A program made the position numbers and the translations under genes. A stretch of 35,023 nt of DNA from Octopus bimaculoides. Taxonomy: Eukaryota. Shown here one piece after another: positions 10,518-23,400 of the stretch; within the stretch, counting starts at the first letter, position 1; each line of letters starts with the position of its first letter. The notes beneath the pieces are model-generated. The model was not told the DNA's origin and did no database searches. It was given only the letters and a program-made list of their open reading frames with translations. The stretch is from positions 10,120,115-10,155,137 of the forward strand of contig NC_068994.1 of the NCBI RefSeq assembly GCF_001194135.2. The letters are read 5' to 3'.

Positions 10518-10941
10518 CAGGGTACCCGACAAAATATATACACGCATTGAATGAGTGTATGATTATAAATTCAGAACCATTTTCAAACTTTTACGGAATT
10601 TATAGTCAGAATTAAGTGTTCTCAGTTTTATGAAGGCCACTTTACTAACCGCAAGTGTTCTGGTGTAGGCACTGCTGATAACGCAAAGCAACACAATCGG
10701 AAACATGGAGAAATGCTTCGTTCGGTATTTCTACGCATTTTTTATCAATAGTCGCTTTCAATTCCTTGATTACTATCGGTTTAGTGCCAAAACATTTATC
10801 TTTTTGCACTCCCCCACAAACACACATTAAATTGTTGAGTGGGATGTGATATAGTGTAATGGGAGAGCATTCTTGCTCAAAATGAAATTCCACTCTTCAA
10901 AGTCTTTTGAATGATTGGTATGACATATTGTTGAAGCAAGT
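10518..10941 (-). mobile_element. Second Tc1/mariner-superfamily remnant (DDxD, rosa/maT-like), one end plus transposase C-terminus
   Basis: TA|CAGGGTACCC end at 10516-10527. The minus strand gives LLQQYVIP, a frameshifted FEQ.(G)A.PHY, then LWG..KDK..TKP...ELKATIDKKCVEIPNE...RYQQCLHQN, matching the typical FQQDGAPPHY...FLWGYLKD...ELK C-terminus. Confidence 0.7.
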
Positions 10942-11032
10942 AGGAGTGGCTGTGTGGTAAGTAGCTTGCTTACCGACCACATGGTTCTGGGTTCAGTCCC
11001 ACTGCGTGGCAACTTGGGCAAGTGTCTTCTAC
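10942..11032 (+). mobile_element. SINE family B, head only (3'-truncated), well preserved
   Basis: AGGAGTGGCTGTGTGGTAAGTAGCTTGC...GGGTTCAGTCCCACTGCGTGGCAACTTGGGCAAGTGTCTTCTAC; similarity to family B stops abruptly after this. Confidence 0.88.
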
Positions 11033-11238
11033 AAAACGACGTTTAGTCGAAAAGAACGTTACTCGAAACGACTCAAATTGGGAAATTCTAGCATTTGTTG
11101 TGTCACATGACAAGGGGCATGTACGTCATGTCAGTGACGTTGCCAACCAGTTAACTACGCACAAAAATCTCACAAGTAAAGGTGAATTTAAAGGTAAATA
11201 TTCAATCTAGCCAAGGAGCGGTTGGCTCTGTGATGATC

Positions 11239-11461
11239 TTATCGATTTAGCATTCAGGTTAGTATATCAAATGTAATGCTTATTTATTCATATTGTTTTT
11301 AATTAATTATTCCATAGCTTCAAGATCTTGAAGACGTGATTGCTTATTTTTAGCGTAACACATAAGCCAGATGTGAGAGGTATGATTTGGCCAGTTCGAC
11401 CGTGTAATATACAGAGAATATTTTGAACCAGATTGGACCGATTTAAATGTCAAAATATTAA
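11239..11461. mobile_element. Decayed MITE, probably piggyBac-like (TTAA-CCCTTTAGC type ends)
   Basis: Eroded ends TTTAGCATTCAG and TTTAAATGTCAAAATATTAA. The body TCAAATGTAATGCTTATTTATTCA resembles an abundant octopus repeat as I recall it; not verified. Confidence 0.4.
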
Positions 11462-12904
11462 ACACCGTATGTTAATGACTACATAGATGACCTCTGTAGC
11501 TGCATTTCTCTTATCCTCAAGCCCAAGAAGACCAACAATACATAGATTAAATGTAGGGTACTTAATCGTCTGAACCAAGCATAACACTCTGCGATGGCCT
11601 TGGTTTGACCTATTCATACACTTCTGAGAGACTGTGACACAATCAATCATGTTCAAACTTACTAGACTTAATGAATAGATAAAGATGTACATTGGTGTGT
11701 AGGTAGTTAGGTATTTACCTAAAGCAGGTACGTAAATAGACAGTGTTTTCTAGATTGATCTGGATATAATATATATGTATGGAGCGCGTGTGCGTAGATT
11801 GTGAAGAATGCGTTGAAGTATTGGTTACAAGTTTCATGTGTATGGGCGTGAGTGTGGAAGGTAGATAACCACACAAACACACACACAAAAACACATACAC
11901 ATATAAATATATATAAGGAGGGAGAGACAAACATACATACATATAGACAGACAGATAGAAAGACAGACAAACAGGGCGTGAGAGAGATTTAAAATTCCTT
12001 TATAGGCATATAAAGAAAGTTAGAGACGGTGAGAAGGAGATGAAGATTTTTATGTATTTTATTATTTCTTTTTAGATAGATAGATACATACATACTTACA
12101 TACATACATACATAAACAAGCACAAAGTGCACGTTTACATACAAGTTCCACTATCTCATATAGTTCTCTCTTTTGGTATTTCTTTCTCGTACATTCCGTT
12201 CCAATATCTATCAATCAATCAATCAATCAATATATATATATATATATATATATATANNNNNNNNNNNNNNNNNNNNNNNNNNNNNNNNNNNNNNNNNNNN
12301 NNNNNNNNNNNNNNNNNNNNNNNNNNNNNNNNNNNNNNNNNNNNNNNNNNNNNNNNNNNNNNNNNNNNNNNNNNNNNNNNNNNNNNNNNNNNNNNNNNNN
12401 NNNNNNNNNNNNNNNNNNNNNNNNNNNNNNNNNNNNNNNNNNNNNNNNNNNNNNNNNNNNNNNNNNNNNNNNNNNNNNNNNNNNNNNNNNNNNNNNNNNN
12501 NNNNNNNNNNNNNNNNNNNNNNNNNNNNNNNNNNNNNNNNNNNNNNNNNNNNNNNNNNNNNNNNNNNNNNNNNNNNNNNNNNNNNNNNNNNNNNNNNNNN
12601 NNNNNNNNNNNNNNNNNNNNNNNNNNNNNNNNNNNNNNNNNNNNNNNNNNNNNNNNNNNNNNNNNNNNNNNNNNNNNNNNNNNNNNNNNNNNNNNNNNNN
12701 NNNNNNNNNNNNNNNNNNNNNNNNNNNNNNNNNNNNNNNNNNNNNNNNNNNNNNNNNNNNNNNNNNNNNNNNNNNNNNNNNNNNNNNNNNNNNNNNNAGA
12801 CATACCTACATATATACATACATTCATACATATATATATATATATAGATATATATATATATATATATATATATGCATAGACATACCTACATATATACATA
12901 CATT

Positions 12905-12937
<33 letters not shown>

Positions 12938-13250
12938 GGTCACAATGGACGTGTACTCATCACTCTCTTTCTTCGCCATTTTTCACCTACTTTAGAATTT
13001 TTATTTACGCTAATACTATCGAGCTTCTCAATGACCGTAGACGTAAAGGAAAAACATCCACTTTATGGAGTCTTTGAGTTGAATAGTTGCCGTTAGTCAG
13101 AACAACACTTGTCTGCCTACTTAGATATTCTTAATAAATTTGTTATGACGCATTGCCGCTTATATTATCAAATCTTATTAACGAGCGACATTCTTCAGGA
13201 TAGGCTCTCGCTCTCGGTACTCGCCTTCTCATTACCTACCCACTTACTCC

Positions 13251-13251
<1 letters not shown>

Positions 13252-13313
<62 letters not shown>
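13252..13313. repeat. (ATT)n microsatellite
   Basis: Seen directly. Confidence 0.95.
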
Positions 13314-13314
<1 letters not shown>

Positions 13315-13916
13315 CATTTCATTCTACTTTTCTGTCTCCTTCATTCTTTATTTCGTTGTCATTACCATATTACAAACGAATACTATTGCATATCTTCTTG
13401 TTTTCCTTTCTTCGAGATAGCATCGCACCGAATGACATAACTACGGCTTTGTGTGTATTTGAGAGTCTGACTAGAATTCAGTAAAGCCAGTCAAATTAAG
13501 ATTAGTTCTGCACTAAGTGGATTATGTTTCTGTGTAACCTCAGTTTAACATTCGTCATAACTTTCAATTATAAATCCCCCTTGTAAAAAAAAAAAAAAAG
13601 ACATGGAGAGGATGGTAAATAATTTAGAGACTCTTTTTGTAAAACAGAAGTCAAAGGCTTTAAGTTAAGTCCCGAATAATAATGCATTATCAAATATTGT
13701 TCTTGTAATGATTTTTGCCTCTTGATTTTTAAATATGCTTTGAATGGGATGTAGATGAAGGTAACTTTCGGAGGAAAGCCGTACATGTCACATATAATAT
13801 GTTAATGTAGTTTTGGCGGTGATATCAACACAAGACTTAATTCCATTAGGGAGCAAAACTCTTTGCGGCTTTGGTCTTTAAATCAACGTTGTATTATAAT
13901 TTTATCATATATTACA

Positions 13917-14043
13917 CAGGGTGTCCACAGAGTCTGGGTACATGGGGATTAACACATACTTTAAGAAATTATTATTTCTTATATTTAATTGTTTATGTTA
14001 TGATTTTATTTACTCCATGTACCCAGACCTTGTGGACACCCTG
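13917..14043. mobile_element. 127-bp Tc1/mariner-type MITE
   Basis: 29-bp TIRs: CAGGGTGTCCACAGAGTCTGGGTACATGG (13917-13945) and its reverse complement at 14015-14043, 27/29 identical. TA follows the right end, CA precedes the left; the interior is AT-rich. Confidence 0.88.
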
Positions 14044-14224
14044 TATAATATTATGCATTACATGTCATAAAATACAATATATGGTATATACAGGCACGAA
14101 TACACATAAACACACACACACACACATATATATATACACACCCATATTTATGTATGTGTTATTTTCTTCTTCCGTTCTTTTGGTTCACTACTTCACTGAC
14201 AAACGATGCTAATTTGTTTAGGGC

Positions 14225-14385
14225 CTCGTGACACAGCGTTTCGGCCAAAGGAACCGATAGAATAAAACTTACCCAAACCGACCATACTTTAAAAATACAT
14301 ACATACTAGGATCGATGTATTTGACTAAAACGTTTCGAGGCACTGTCCCAGCCTGAGAGCAGTTCAAAGATTTCAACAAATGAGA
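14225..14385 (+). mobile_element. Decayed 3' half of SINE family B
   Basis: GCGTTTCGGCCAAAGGAACCGATAGAATAA...TACTAGGATCGATGTATTTGACTAAAA...GCACTGTCCCAGC is colinear with the family B 3' part. Confidence 0.5.
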
Positions 14386-15164
14386 AATATCCACGTCAGT
14401 CTAACTCAAGATTAATGTATTTAATAAATATGTGTGTGTTTGTACCTGTGTATATGTACGTGCGCGTGTAGGTATGCTGGGAAGTATACTTGAACAGCAT
14501 TCCTTCAAATCATACTCCTCCTCTTAGACTCCACCAATTTCAAGCAACGAGACATTTTGTCTCCGTCTTCAACTCCTTGACAAAATGCAAACATCCGAAA
14601 CGTTATATTCTTCACTCTTGACAGTACACGGAATTCCTGAAATTTACTATGGTCTCTCTTATGAGCATTACGTATGCCGTTGAGTATATCTTTTTATTGC
14701 GATAGCTGGCCCTGTAATATAACCAGCAATGTTTATAATACACCGTGTTGTACCTCAATTTTTTATATATCACATTTAATGCCGAGAAAATGTTATTCCA
14801 TGACATCATCAATAAAGAAAATACGAACAGGAATATTTAGGAGTAAGAAAACTAATATAAGGTTATATGTATACAAGTTATTCCATCTAAGTATATTAAT
14901 ATATATTTGTGAGTGCGTGTGCGTGTGTGTGTGTTTGTGTGTGCAAGTATATATGAACGTACGGATGTGTATATAAACACACACGCACACTAGATATGGA
15001 TCTATCGTATGCGTGTATTTGGTATATATGTATGTATATATATATGTATATATATATATGAATACCTACGCACATACATATTTACATGCACGTACCTCAA
15101 AACAGACATATATGTATATGATAGACATGTGTACACAGATATCGATATATATATATATATATAT

Positions 15165-15212
<48 letters not shown>

Positions 15213-16732
15213 GTAACACACAATCAGACACACGTAAGCATACACACATAAGAAAACACACATACGCATGCACACAGATGGAGAGAAAGAAAGAGAGAGA
15301 GGGGGAGAGATAAAGAGAGAGGGGGAGAGATAAAGAGAGAGAGTGAAAGAGAGAGAGAGTGAAAGAGAGAGAGAGTGAAAGAGACAGATAGAGAATGGGA
15401 GAGATCGCCAATATTTCATTGTCGTATTTTCAATGAGAACGAAATAAATTTTCTTATCCCGAACGCAGTAATAGCATTACGATCACGAATGAAATAGTAT
15501 ACGAGCTACGAAAGAACAGAAGCGTAATGGAATTAAAATGTGATAGAACAATGCATTATGTGAATGTCGCTTATAACCTATAAGTTTTTTCCTTCTGTAT
15601 TAATATAAAAAGGAGTGACAGAAGGAATAGGCAGTCATTGAAAGATGTGAATAATATTCCTGGCAATTGAAATGCTATGATTGAAACAGAAAATGCTGGA
15701 CATTTTATAACGAAGAGAAGAAATTGAATTGCTTAATTAGCATCCATTGTCAGGAAGCAGATATTTGAAGCAGATTAGATTTGAGTATGAAAACATAACC
15801 CATTGCCAGGCCTACCCACATCTCTAACGTTTTTGTTATTCGGTTTATAAGCTATGTCTAGGGTCGGAGTGGAGTCGGAATTAATTGTGCTCGTGGACTT
15901 TGTGGCCTTTATCGGTTCTCCCATAGTGGGGACGTTGATGTCTTTAATTTTGTTGTATCTCGGGAGGATCATTATGCTAATAATAATAATAAACGCATGC
16001 ACTGGTTGTATTTCACTTTTTTGTTACAAGGAAATTAACGTGCGGCGTAATAACTATAGAAATTTCCGCTTTTTGAGAATGTAGGATTTTGTGTGAAACC
16101 TTGAGGGAGTAATATGCACGATATAGGTGATACGAGAAGAGACGGGTGAATCGAAAATACACAAATGGGTGGGTCCAAACAATTCTAGAATCAGAGGTAA
16201 CTGTTTTTTCGTTTCTTTTTCTGGGTTTTTTTGTTTGTTTTTTTTGTTTAGTTTTTCTTCTTGTGCATTGTTAATTGGAGGAGATTTGATGAAAAGGATT
16301 ATCGGCAATATAGATCCTTCACTTAGTGACGAAAAGGATTTTAGAAGGATATCAGTTGCGAAAATAAGGAACAGTTGTAGGGGAACGTAAAACCGTGATG
16401 AGTTGAATATCCAAGCAATTAACTTATCCATCCCTTGCACTATAAATCAAATTTTGTAGTCATTCTCGTAATGACGTTATTTATTCACCGTATATATGTT
16501 TATTTCTGTTTGAAAGATGTGCTACAGCTTCTTCTAGAAACGGTACCAGTAATTTATTGAATCACTCAAGTTATGGACGTCTCATCATTTTTTAAATTCT
16601 TTTAGCTTTCGTCCACTCCGAATTGTATTATGTAATGCATTTTTCCTGTTTAAACTGGTGTGGTGCGATCTGAGAGAGGCTTGGTTGCATTCTGTCTCTT
16701 GTAGTCAAAGGGAAATGGAGATTGTGCCTTCT

Positions 16733-16841
<109 letters not shown>

Positions 16842-16872
16842 TGTATGATACACAGTTAACCAGATAGGTGAG

Positions 16873-17097
16873 TGGAGGTGCGCGGCTTAGTGGTTAGAAT
16901 GCCGGACTTACGGTCGTAAGTTTACGGTTTCGATTCCTGGAACGTGCGACGAGTTGTGTTCTTGAGCAAAACACTTCATTTCACGTTGTTCTAGTCCACA
17001 CAGCTGGCGAAAATGCGTCATCCTGCACTGGACCGGCGTCTCGTCCCGAGGTGGGAAATATATGTGCCACGGAAACCTGGAAACTGACCTTATGAGA
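16873..17097 (+). mobile_element. SINE family C, tRNA-derived
   Basis: A-box GGCTTAGTGG and B-box GGTTTCGATTCC, followed by TTGTGTTCTTGAGCAAAACACTTCATTTCACGTTG, typical of a SINE central domain. Confidence 0.75.
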
Positions 17098-18028
17098 TTA
17101 TACAACACAAAAAGGGATTTTTATCCCCTAACCTGTCTTTAAACCAGTTACGTACACCCGTCCATCAGGATGTGGATATATCTATTGAATTCTTATACGA
17201 TTACTTTTGAGAAAAGATTTGGATGACATACGAACAATTTTCTTTCCTTTACTACTAAATACGAAAAGTCGAGTTACTTTACTTTCTTAAGTAAAACTGT
17301 ATTCGTTACAGACAATGACCAGTCTCAGTAGATGCCTTTTTAATGTTTCTAGCTGTAGATTACTTATTCAAAATGGCTTCGGTATAGTCAGTGGCTTTTA
17401 TCGCACTGGGACAATAAAATAAATAGCTGTAATAAAATTCGTAAACTAAGACAGGTTTCAGAGCCATCAGAAGAGTTTCGTTGTCTTATTTTATTATAAA
17501 TATCATTTACTGCTTTTGCCGAAATGGACCTTCATTCAGTTTTGGTTTTCTTTTCAATTTTTTCCTGCCAAATAACAGTAATATACTAGTTTGGTAAATC
17601 CATATCATATTATTTATCTCAGGGTTTTGCTTGTATTTTGTTTTAATTTACTATTTTTTCGAGTATTGATGCATTATTTCTTTTGTGCCTGTTTTTGTTT
17701 TTGTTGCTTTTTTCGCAAGGATTCTTGTGAATAAATACTATTATATATCCAGTAGTTCTTCTCTTACTGTCGTTTATATTTCCAGTAGTTCTTCTCTTAC
17801 TGTTGTACACGTGATACATAGGAAAGGAAATGGGTTGAAAGAACAAGAACAAGAACAAGAACAAGAACAAAAAGAACAACAACGATGAGTTTTAATGAAA
17901 TTAAAACAACGAAAAGAATAAATATCGACAGTAAGATGGGATCGAATAAATGAGTTTGAAGAAGAAGAAGAAAACAAACATAAATTCAAAATGAAGATGG
18001 AAGAAATAAAGCAAACATAGAGATAAAA

Positions 18029-18134
<106 letters not shown>

Positions 18135-18220
18135 ATTGTACTGATGATAGGAAAAAAAGACAATGGAAAATGAAAAATACTAATGTTGCTCTCCTCCCCA
18201 ACACTTCCAACCATCGAAAT

Positions 18221-18251
<31 letters not shown>

Positions 18252-19053
18252 CACATAGACATACGCACACATACACATACCCACCCACACACACATACAT
18301 GCATGCACACACACATACCCACACACACACATACCCACACACACACATACATACACATACACACGCGGGTGCACGCACAAACACACTGTCAGTCAGACAC
18401 ATAATCGTTACCTTAAAAAACACTTTCGGAAAGATATGTAAAGCAAAATTTAAACTAAAAGATTTTCAAAATAGATTTTTCCAAATAAGTTATTACCAAG
18501 CGTAAGTTGCAAATAGTAATAAATTACAAGTATACAAACGTATGCAAATAATATGCGCTTCATGCTAACTAGGAAACAAAATCAAGAATCTACTAAACGG
18601 AAAAGAATTTAATATCAAAACATGTGACAGAAAATATTACATAAAAAACAAACATTTCCTTCTTACAATTTTCTTAAGTATACAACGTCAGAGTCATAGA
18701 TGGGGAAAGCTAAATGAACAACCCTCCTTTGTTTGTATTTTTGTAATTTTAAAGCATTTACGAATCATTAATTAGCTTGGTAATTAAATTCCGCAGCTTT
18801 CATTTAATTTAATAGAATTTAAAATTAGGTCGTTGACTTATATTGGTGTAATTATAATTTTTCACAATGAGCAGAGTATTGAGGGAATAAGACACGGAGA
18901 ATAGACTAGTAAGCAAATATATATTTAATCACGGTATGTATTTACTCAGCGATAAAAAGCTCTGTATTGCGTTTCATTTTTCTGCCATGAAGAGCAAAGT
19001 ATCACGAGATATGAACATCCAAGAGCAAATTATCACGAGATCTGATCAATCCT

Positions 19054-19468
19054 AGGTGTGGCAGAGTGGTAAGAAGTCTGCTTCCCAACCACATGATTCC
19101 GCGTTCAGTCCAACTATGTGTCACCTTGGGCGAGTGTCTTCATCTACTATAGCTTCCAACCGGTCAAAGCCTTGTGAGTGGATTCGACAGACGGAAACTC
19201 AACGACGCCCGTCGAATATACGTGTGGGGGTGGCCTGTGCGTGCGTGTGTGTGAGTATGTCCCACCACCGATTGACAACCGGTGATGATGTGTTTACATC
19301 CCCGTAACTTAACTGTTCTGCAAACAGAGCGATAGATAAGTATCCGGCTCAATGAAAAAAAAACGTACTGGAGTCGATTCATTCAACTAAAAGAAATATT
19401 CAGGAAGGCAGTGGGTACTCCAGCATGGCCGTAGTCTAACGACTAAAACACGTGAAGGCTGAAAGGAA
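19054..19468 (+). mobile_element. SINE family B, full length, diverged
   Basis: Colinear with 6314-6707: head, CCTTGGGCGAGTGTCTTC, internal TG run, TTGACAACCGG, CTCCAGCATGGCCG. Confidence 0.88.
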
Positions 19469-19542
19469 TATATATGCGATTTTAAAATATCACTATTTAG
19501 TTTTACTTCATTATAATAACTTCACTCTCTGTCGCTGAGTGT

Positions 19543-19592
<50 letters not shown>

Positions 19593-19891
19593 GTGTGTGT
19601 CTAAGTGTGTGTGCGTCTAAGTGTCTGTTTGTGCGTCAATATGCAACAAGATATCCATAAACTATAAGGTACCTAAATAATTTCAACTTTACCAGGTCTA
19701 GAATCACAATATAGGATGATCATAGTATCAAGTTATGGTATAATACATAGAGAAAAAGCGCCATAAACCATAAACTTCAATAGCAAGTTTAGCCCATTAT
19801 ATCATAGAACTAGAAACTCAATGAAGAACAACTCCGAAACACTGATGACACAATATACAAAATGTTCACACTCAACACCATATACATATAA

Positions 19892-20060
19892 ACAAGCACA
19901 TCAAGTGCGTACGTCCATCATCTGCTGACAAATGGATATGATTATGGTTTCGACACTTGAACAATATCATTCAATCTCGGAGTTAAAGGGCGTTCAAAAC
20001 ATAAAAGCTGCCTGGGAATTGGTAGAAAATAAGTGAGGGACAAATCCTAGCTCATTGCTC
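19892..20060 (+). mobile_element. Penelope-like retroelement remnant, GIY-YIG endonuclease C-terminal part
   Basis: TSSAYVHHLLTNGYDYG...VKGR then, after a frameshift, KAAWELVENK*GTNPSSLL. This matches the PLE pattern SAYAxHLLxNxHxYG...KG...(W)ExxEI.K...P..LLN. Homology may extend upstream to about 19740. Confidence 0.5.
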
Positions 20061-20582
20061 ATTGTGCCGATCTCAAGCTTATAGTTACGAAAGGAAAGAC
20101 AATCTCAATCCTAAATCATGATACTTACATCTACTAACCATAGAAATTAAAAATTAAAGTATAGAAATATAGAAAACAGGCAAATATAATGGAAATGGAT
20201 ATTTCCACACAAAAGCGACAGCACTTAAAAACTATAAAAACTATTAAAGAACATAAACTAATAAACATTTCCTTCTATTGATCTATGAAACATAATTAAA
20301 ACACAAAATCTTAATTAAAATGAAGTAAATATAAACCTAAGGAAAAACATATCTTTTTAGCAACCAGATACAAATCACCTCAAAATAAAATGATACGGTA
20401 ATAAACCAATGTAGATCTGTAGCTATTAAATACAAACTTTAATTATCCCAAATTTATAGACCAATATTCTCACATCAATAGCCTATAGAAAAATATAAAA
20501 TTGAGCAAAAATAAACATTTGTAACGAATATATTCATTATATAAACAACACATCACAGGTTCTGAGGAGAAGCAAAACTTAC

Positions 20583-20666
20583 CATTTAACTCGTTTGCAG
20601 TTCTCCGCGAAAAGATCGATCGTAATTTTTGAGAAGTCCGGAAGTCACTCTCTTGCAGAACTGACA
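20583..20666 (-). other. Candidate exon of an unidentified gene
   Basis: Acceptor ttattgtaacAG and donor AATG|GTAAGT. The 84-nt exon is phase 1-1 and open in one frame (SVLQESDFRTSQKLRSIFSRRTANELN). No homology recognised. Confidence 0.25.
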
Positions 20667-21414
20667 CTGTTACAATAATGCACAATAATAAAATATAATC
20701 TACCCACAAACTTCAAAACAAAACCAACACTACGAGCGTTAATTGAAACTAATCATTCTGAAGATTCACGCTACGCTACTTCCAAATTTTCTCAAATTTC
20801 GAAATATACCTCAAGTTAAAATTTTTAACTAACGATTTTTTAAAGTATAATTGCTTTCCTATATATATCATTAACATCTTAACTCTTTCCAAAATTATTC
20901 TAACCTCGTTTATAATCCGATTTTAATTAATAACTTAACTGGAAATAATTCTATACCTTACACTTAACAGAATTCTAGTTAATCATGTAGTACAAAAATT
21001 CTAAGTTATCAGTTTTACTATAAGTACTAGATACAAATTGTTTGTCTACACAGACTAACTTAAGGGCTAAATAGTTAAGTTCATGCATGTGCCCTCATTT
21101 CTATTAGTTACGAAATATACACACATATAAGTGGTGTAAGTAGGTAGATAGGTATACGTATGTAACAATTCCAAAGTTGAGAATTTCCTTTCTCTTCAAA
21201 CCAATATGTACTTCAGCGTTGATCAGTTGTTGTCGCTGTGATTTTCAAGAGATTACGGTTTTGATATCTGTAAAGGTGCTTTTGCTATTTGTCACATATT
21301 AAAAGAAGGACACTTTATTTATTTTTCACGTGTCAGAGACTGTTGGAACAAATTGGACATATGATTCCGAATGCCGGAAATAAAATGAACCCAGCCTAAT
21401 TCACTTAAAACTAG

Positions 21415-21478
21415 CAAAGAATTCAGAACACAAAGAATTCAGAACAATAAAGAATTCAGAACACAAAGAACCTGAACA
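21415..21478. repeat. 16-bp minisatellite CAAAGAATTCAGAACA, about 4 copies
   Basis: Units start at 21415, 21431, 21448 and 21464 (degenerate). Confidence 0.92.
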
Positions 21479-21586
21479 AATACCACAAGTTATCTTCTCT
21501 GGACACTCAAACTGTACTCGATTCGTCCTTTATCTTATGGACATCAAAAGGATGAAAGGCAAAAATGACTTCTGCAGGAAGCCTTT

Positions 21587-21621
<35 letters not shown>

Positions 21622-21886
21622 ATGTGTGTATGTGTGTGTGCGTGTGTGCGCACGTGTGTGCGTGCGTGCGTGTGTGTGTGTGCGTGCGTGCGTGTGTATG
21701 TATGTGTGTATGTATGTATGTATGTATGTATATGTATATATGTATGTATATATGTATATACGTATGTATGTATATATGTAGGTATGTATGTATGAATGCG
21801 TGTGTATCTATGTATGTATACACATATACATATATGTTTATATATTTATATATTTATCTATCAATTTATCTATCTATCTCCATATA

Positions 21887-22005
<119 letters not shown>

Positions 22006-23154
22006 TAGATATAGCAATTGAAGCAGTATTAATGTCAAAAGTTAATATTTATAGCCACTTAAAAGTGGATGTTGTATCGCTTACAATCAAAGAACCTCTG
22101 ATATGAACTTTGGTGCATATAAGCGCTCTTGTTTATGCCGCCAGTAGGGCTTCTGCGTCAGCATATATAGGTTATCTTTCGAATTCATCTAAGTGTTGCG
22201 CTTTTAATTGTGTCACCATTGTTTTTTTTTCTTTTTGTATTTTTTTGTTTTTTTTTTGCACGCAGTTTCAGGGAAGAATTGATAATATAATGTACACAGG
22301 AAAAAAAAAATTCCTGTGTATATTAATCAAAGCTATTCCACCTCACATATATTAACATTATTAAAACTAGGCTATCGATTAGGCTATCGATGCCATACTT
22401 TACTGATTGAGTATTGATGTTGCTGACAAGCTACTACATTTGTTCACCTCGCTGAATACAAATTGTGAAGCGTTTAGAACAAAATCTTATCCACTCATAT
22501 TTCAATACTTTACAAGTTTTCCCCTCAGGTTATTCACCCCATCTGATACACACACTGTTTCATCTAATGTCTGCCCCAGGGTTTTTTGTTTGTTCCCCAA
22601 TCACTTCCCTTTCTTCATTCGATGACTTCCTTTCTCTCTTTCTCTCTCACTCTCACTCTCTCTCTCTCTTTCTATGTCTGTCTTTCTACTTTTTCGTATT
22701 ATTCCTCTTTTCGCTTTGATCAACTTAAAGCTGTAGGGGTTCTAAACAAACGTAAACTGGAATATAGGAAATCTATTACCATAACATAATTTAAATTGAA
22801 TTAACCAATCATTGCATACGCTGCCTTCATATCACTTCGGGGCATTGAAAATTGCCTTCAGCAATTAAAGACTATCTACGTCTCTATATCATGACTAAAA
22901 ACTGGGCAGCAGAAAACTTCAGGCAGCTAATTAGAAGGAGCTCCAAAATAAAGTATAACGAGGACATTTTGTTCTAAATTCACAAATAATCTGATAGATA
23001 TTTAACAGTAATAGGAAATCTGTAGCTATAGAGTGTTCCCAGAACACGAGGATATAAACAAATTAAGCTTAAAATAAATGAGATAATGAATGCCAAAAAA
23101 GAGGTTAAACAACCCTCTGTAAACAAAGTAGGGATGTTATAACTTTATATTTTA

Positions 23155-23400
23155 AGTTTTTAGCTATTTTCGTTATTGGACTGCGGTCATGCTGCGGCAC
23201 CACCTTGAGGGTTTTTTTAGTCTAATGGATAAATCGATCTTTGCTCTTCTCTTTTTAACCTTTGCATTCACTCAAGTGGTCTCTTATGCCTAACCGCTAC
23301 GTTACGCGGACGTAAACAAACCAACAATCGATTGTCAAGTGACTGCGGTGGGGCGTCAATACAAAGTCACGTGCGCTCACACACACAGACACACACACAT
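23155..23400 (-). mobile_element. SINE family B, 3' half
   Basis: GACTGCGGTCATGCTGCGGCACCACC...GTTACGCGGACGTAAACAAACCAACAATCGATTGTCAAG is the reverse complement of the family B 3' region; similarity ends at the CA run. Confidence 0.75.

Noticed and set aside
12798-12935. 80-bp period duplication of a TA-rich unit
   Set aside because: Low complexity and abutting a gap; assembly error cannot be excluded.
15775-16440. Non-repetitive ORFs of 75-128 aa on both strands
   Set aside because: No motifs, no coherent splice sites, and overlapping antisense frames of similar length.
21415-21478. Heat-shock elements in the GAATTC-containing repeat
   Set aside because: The spacing is GAA-TTC and TTC-n-GAA, not the required nGAAnnTTCn.
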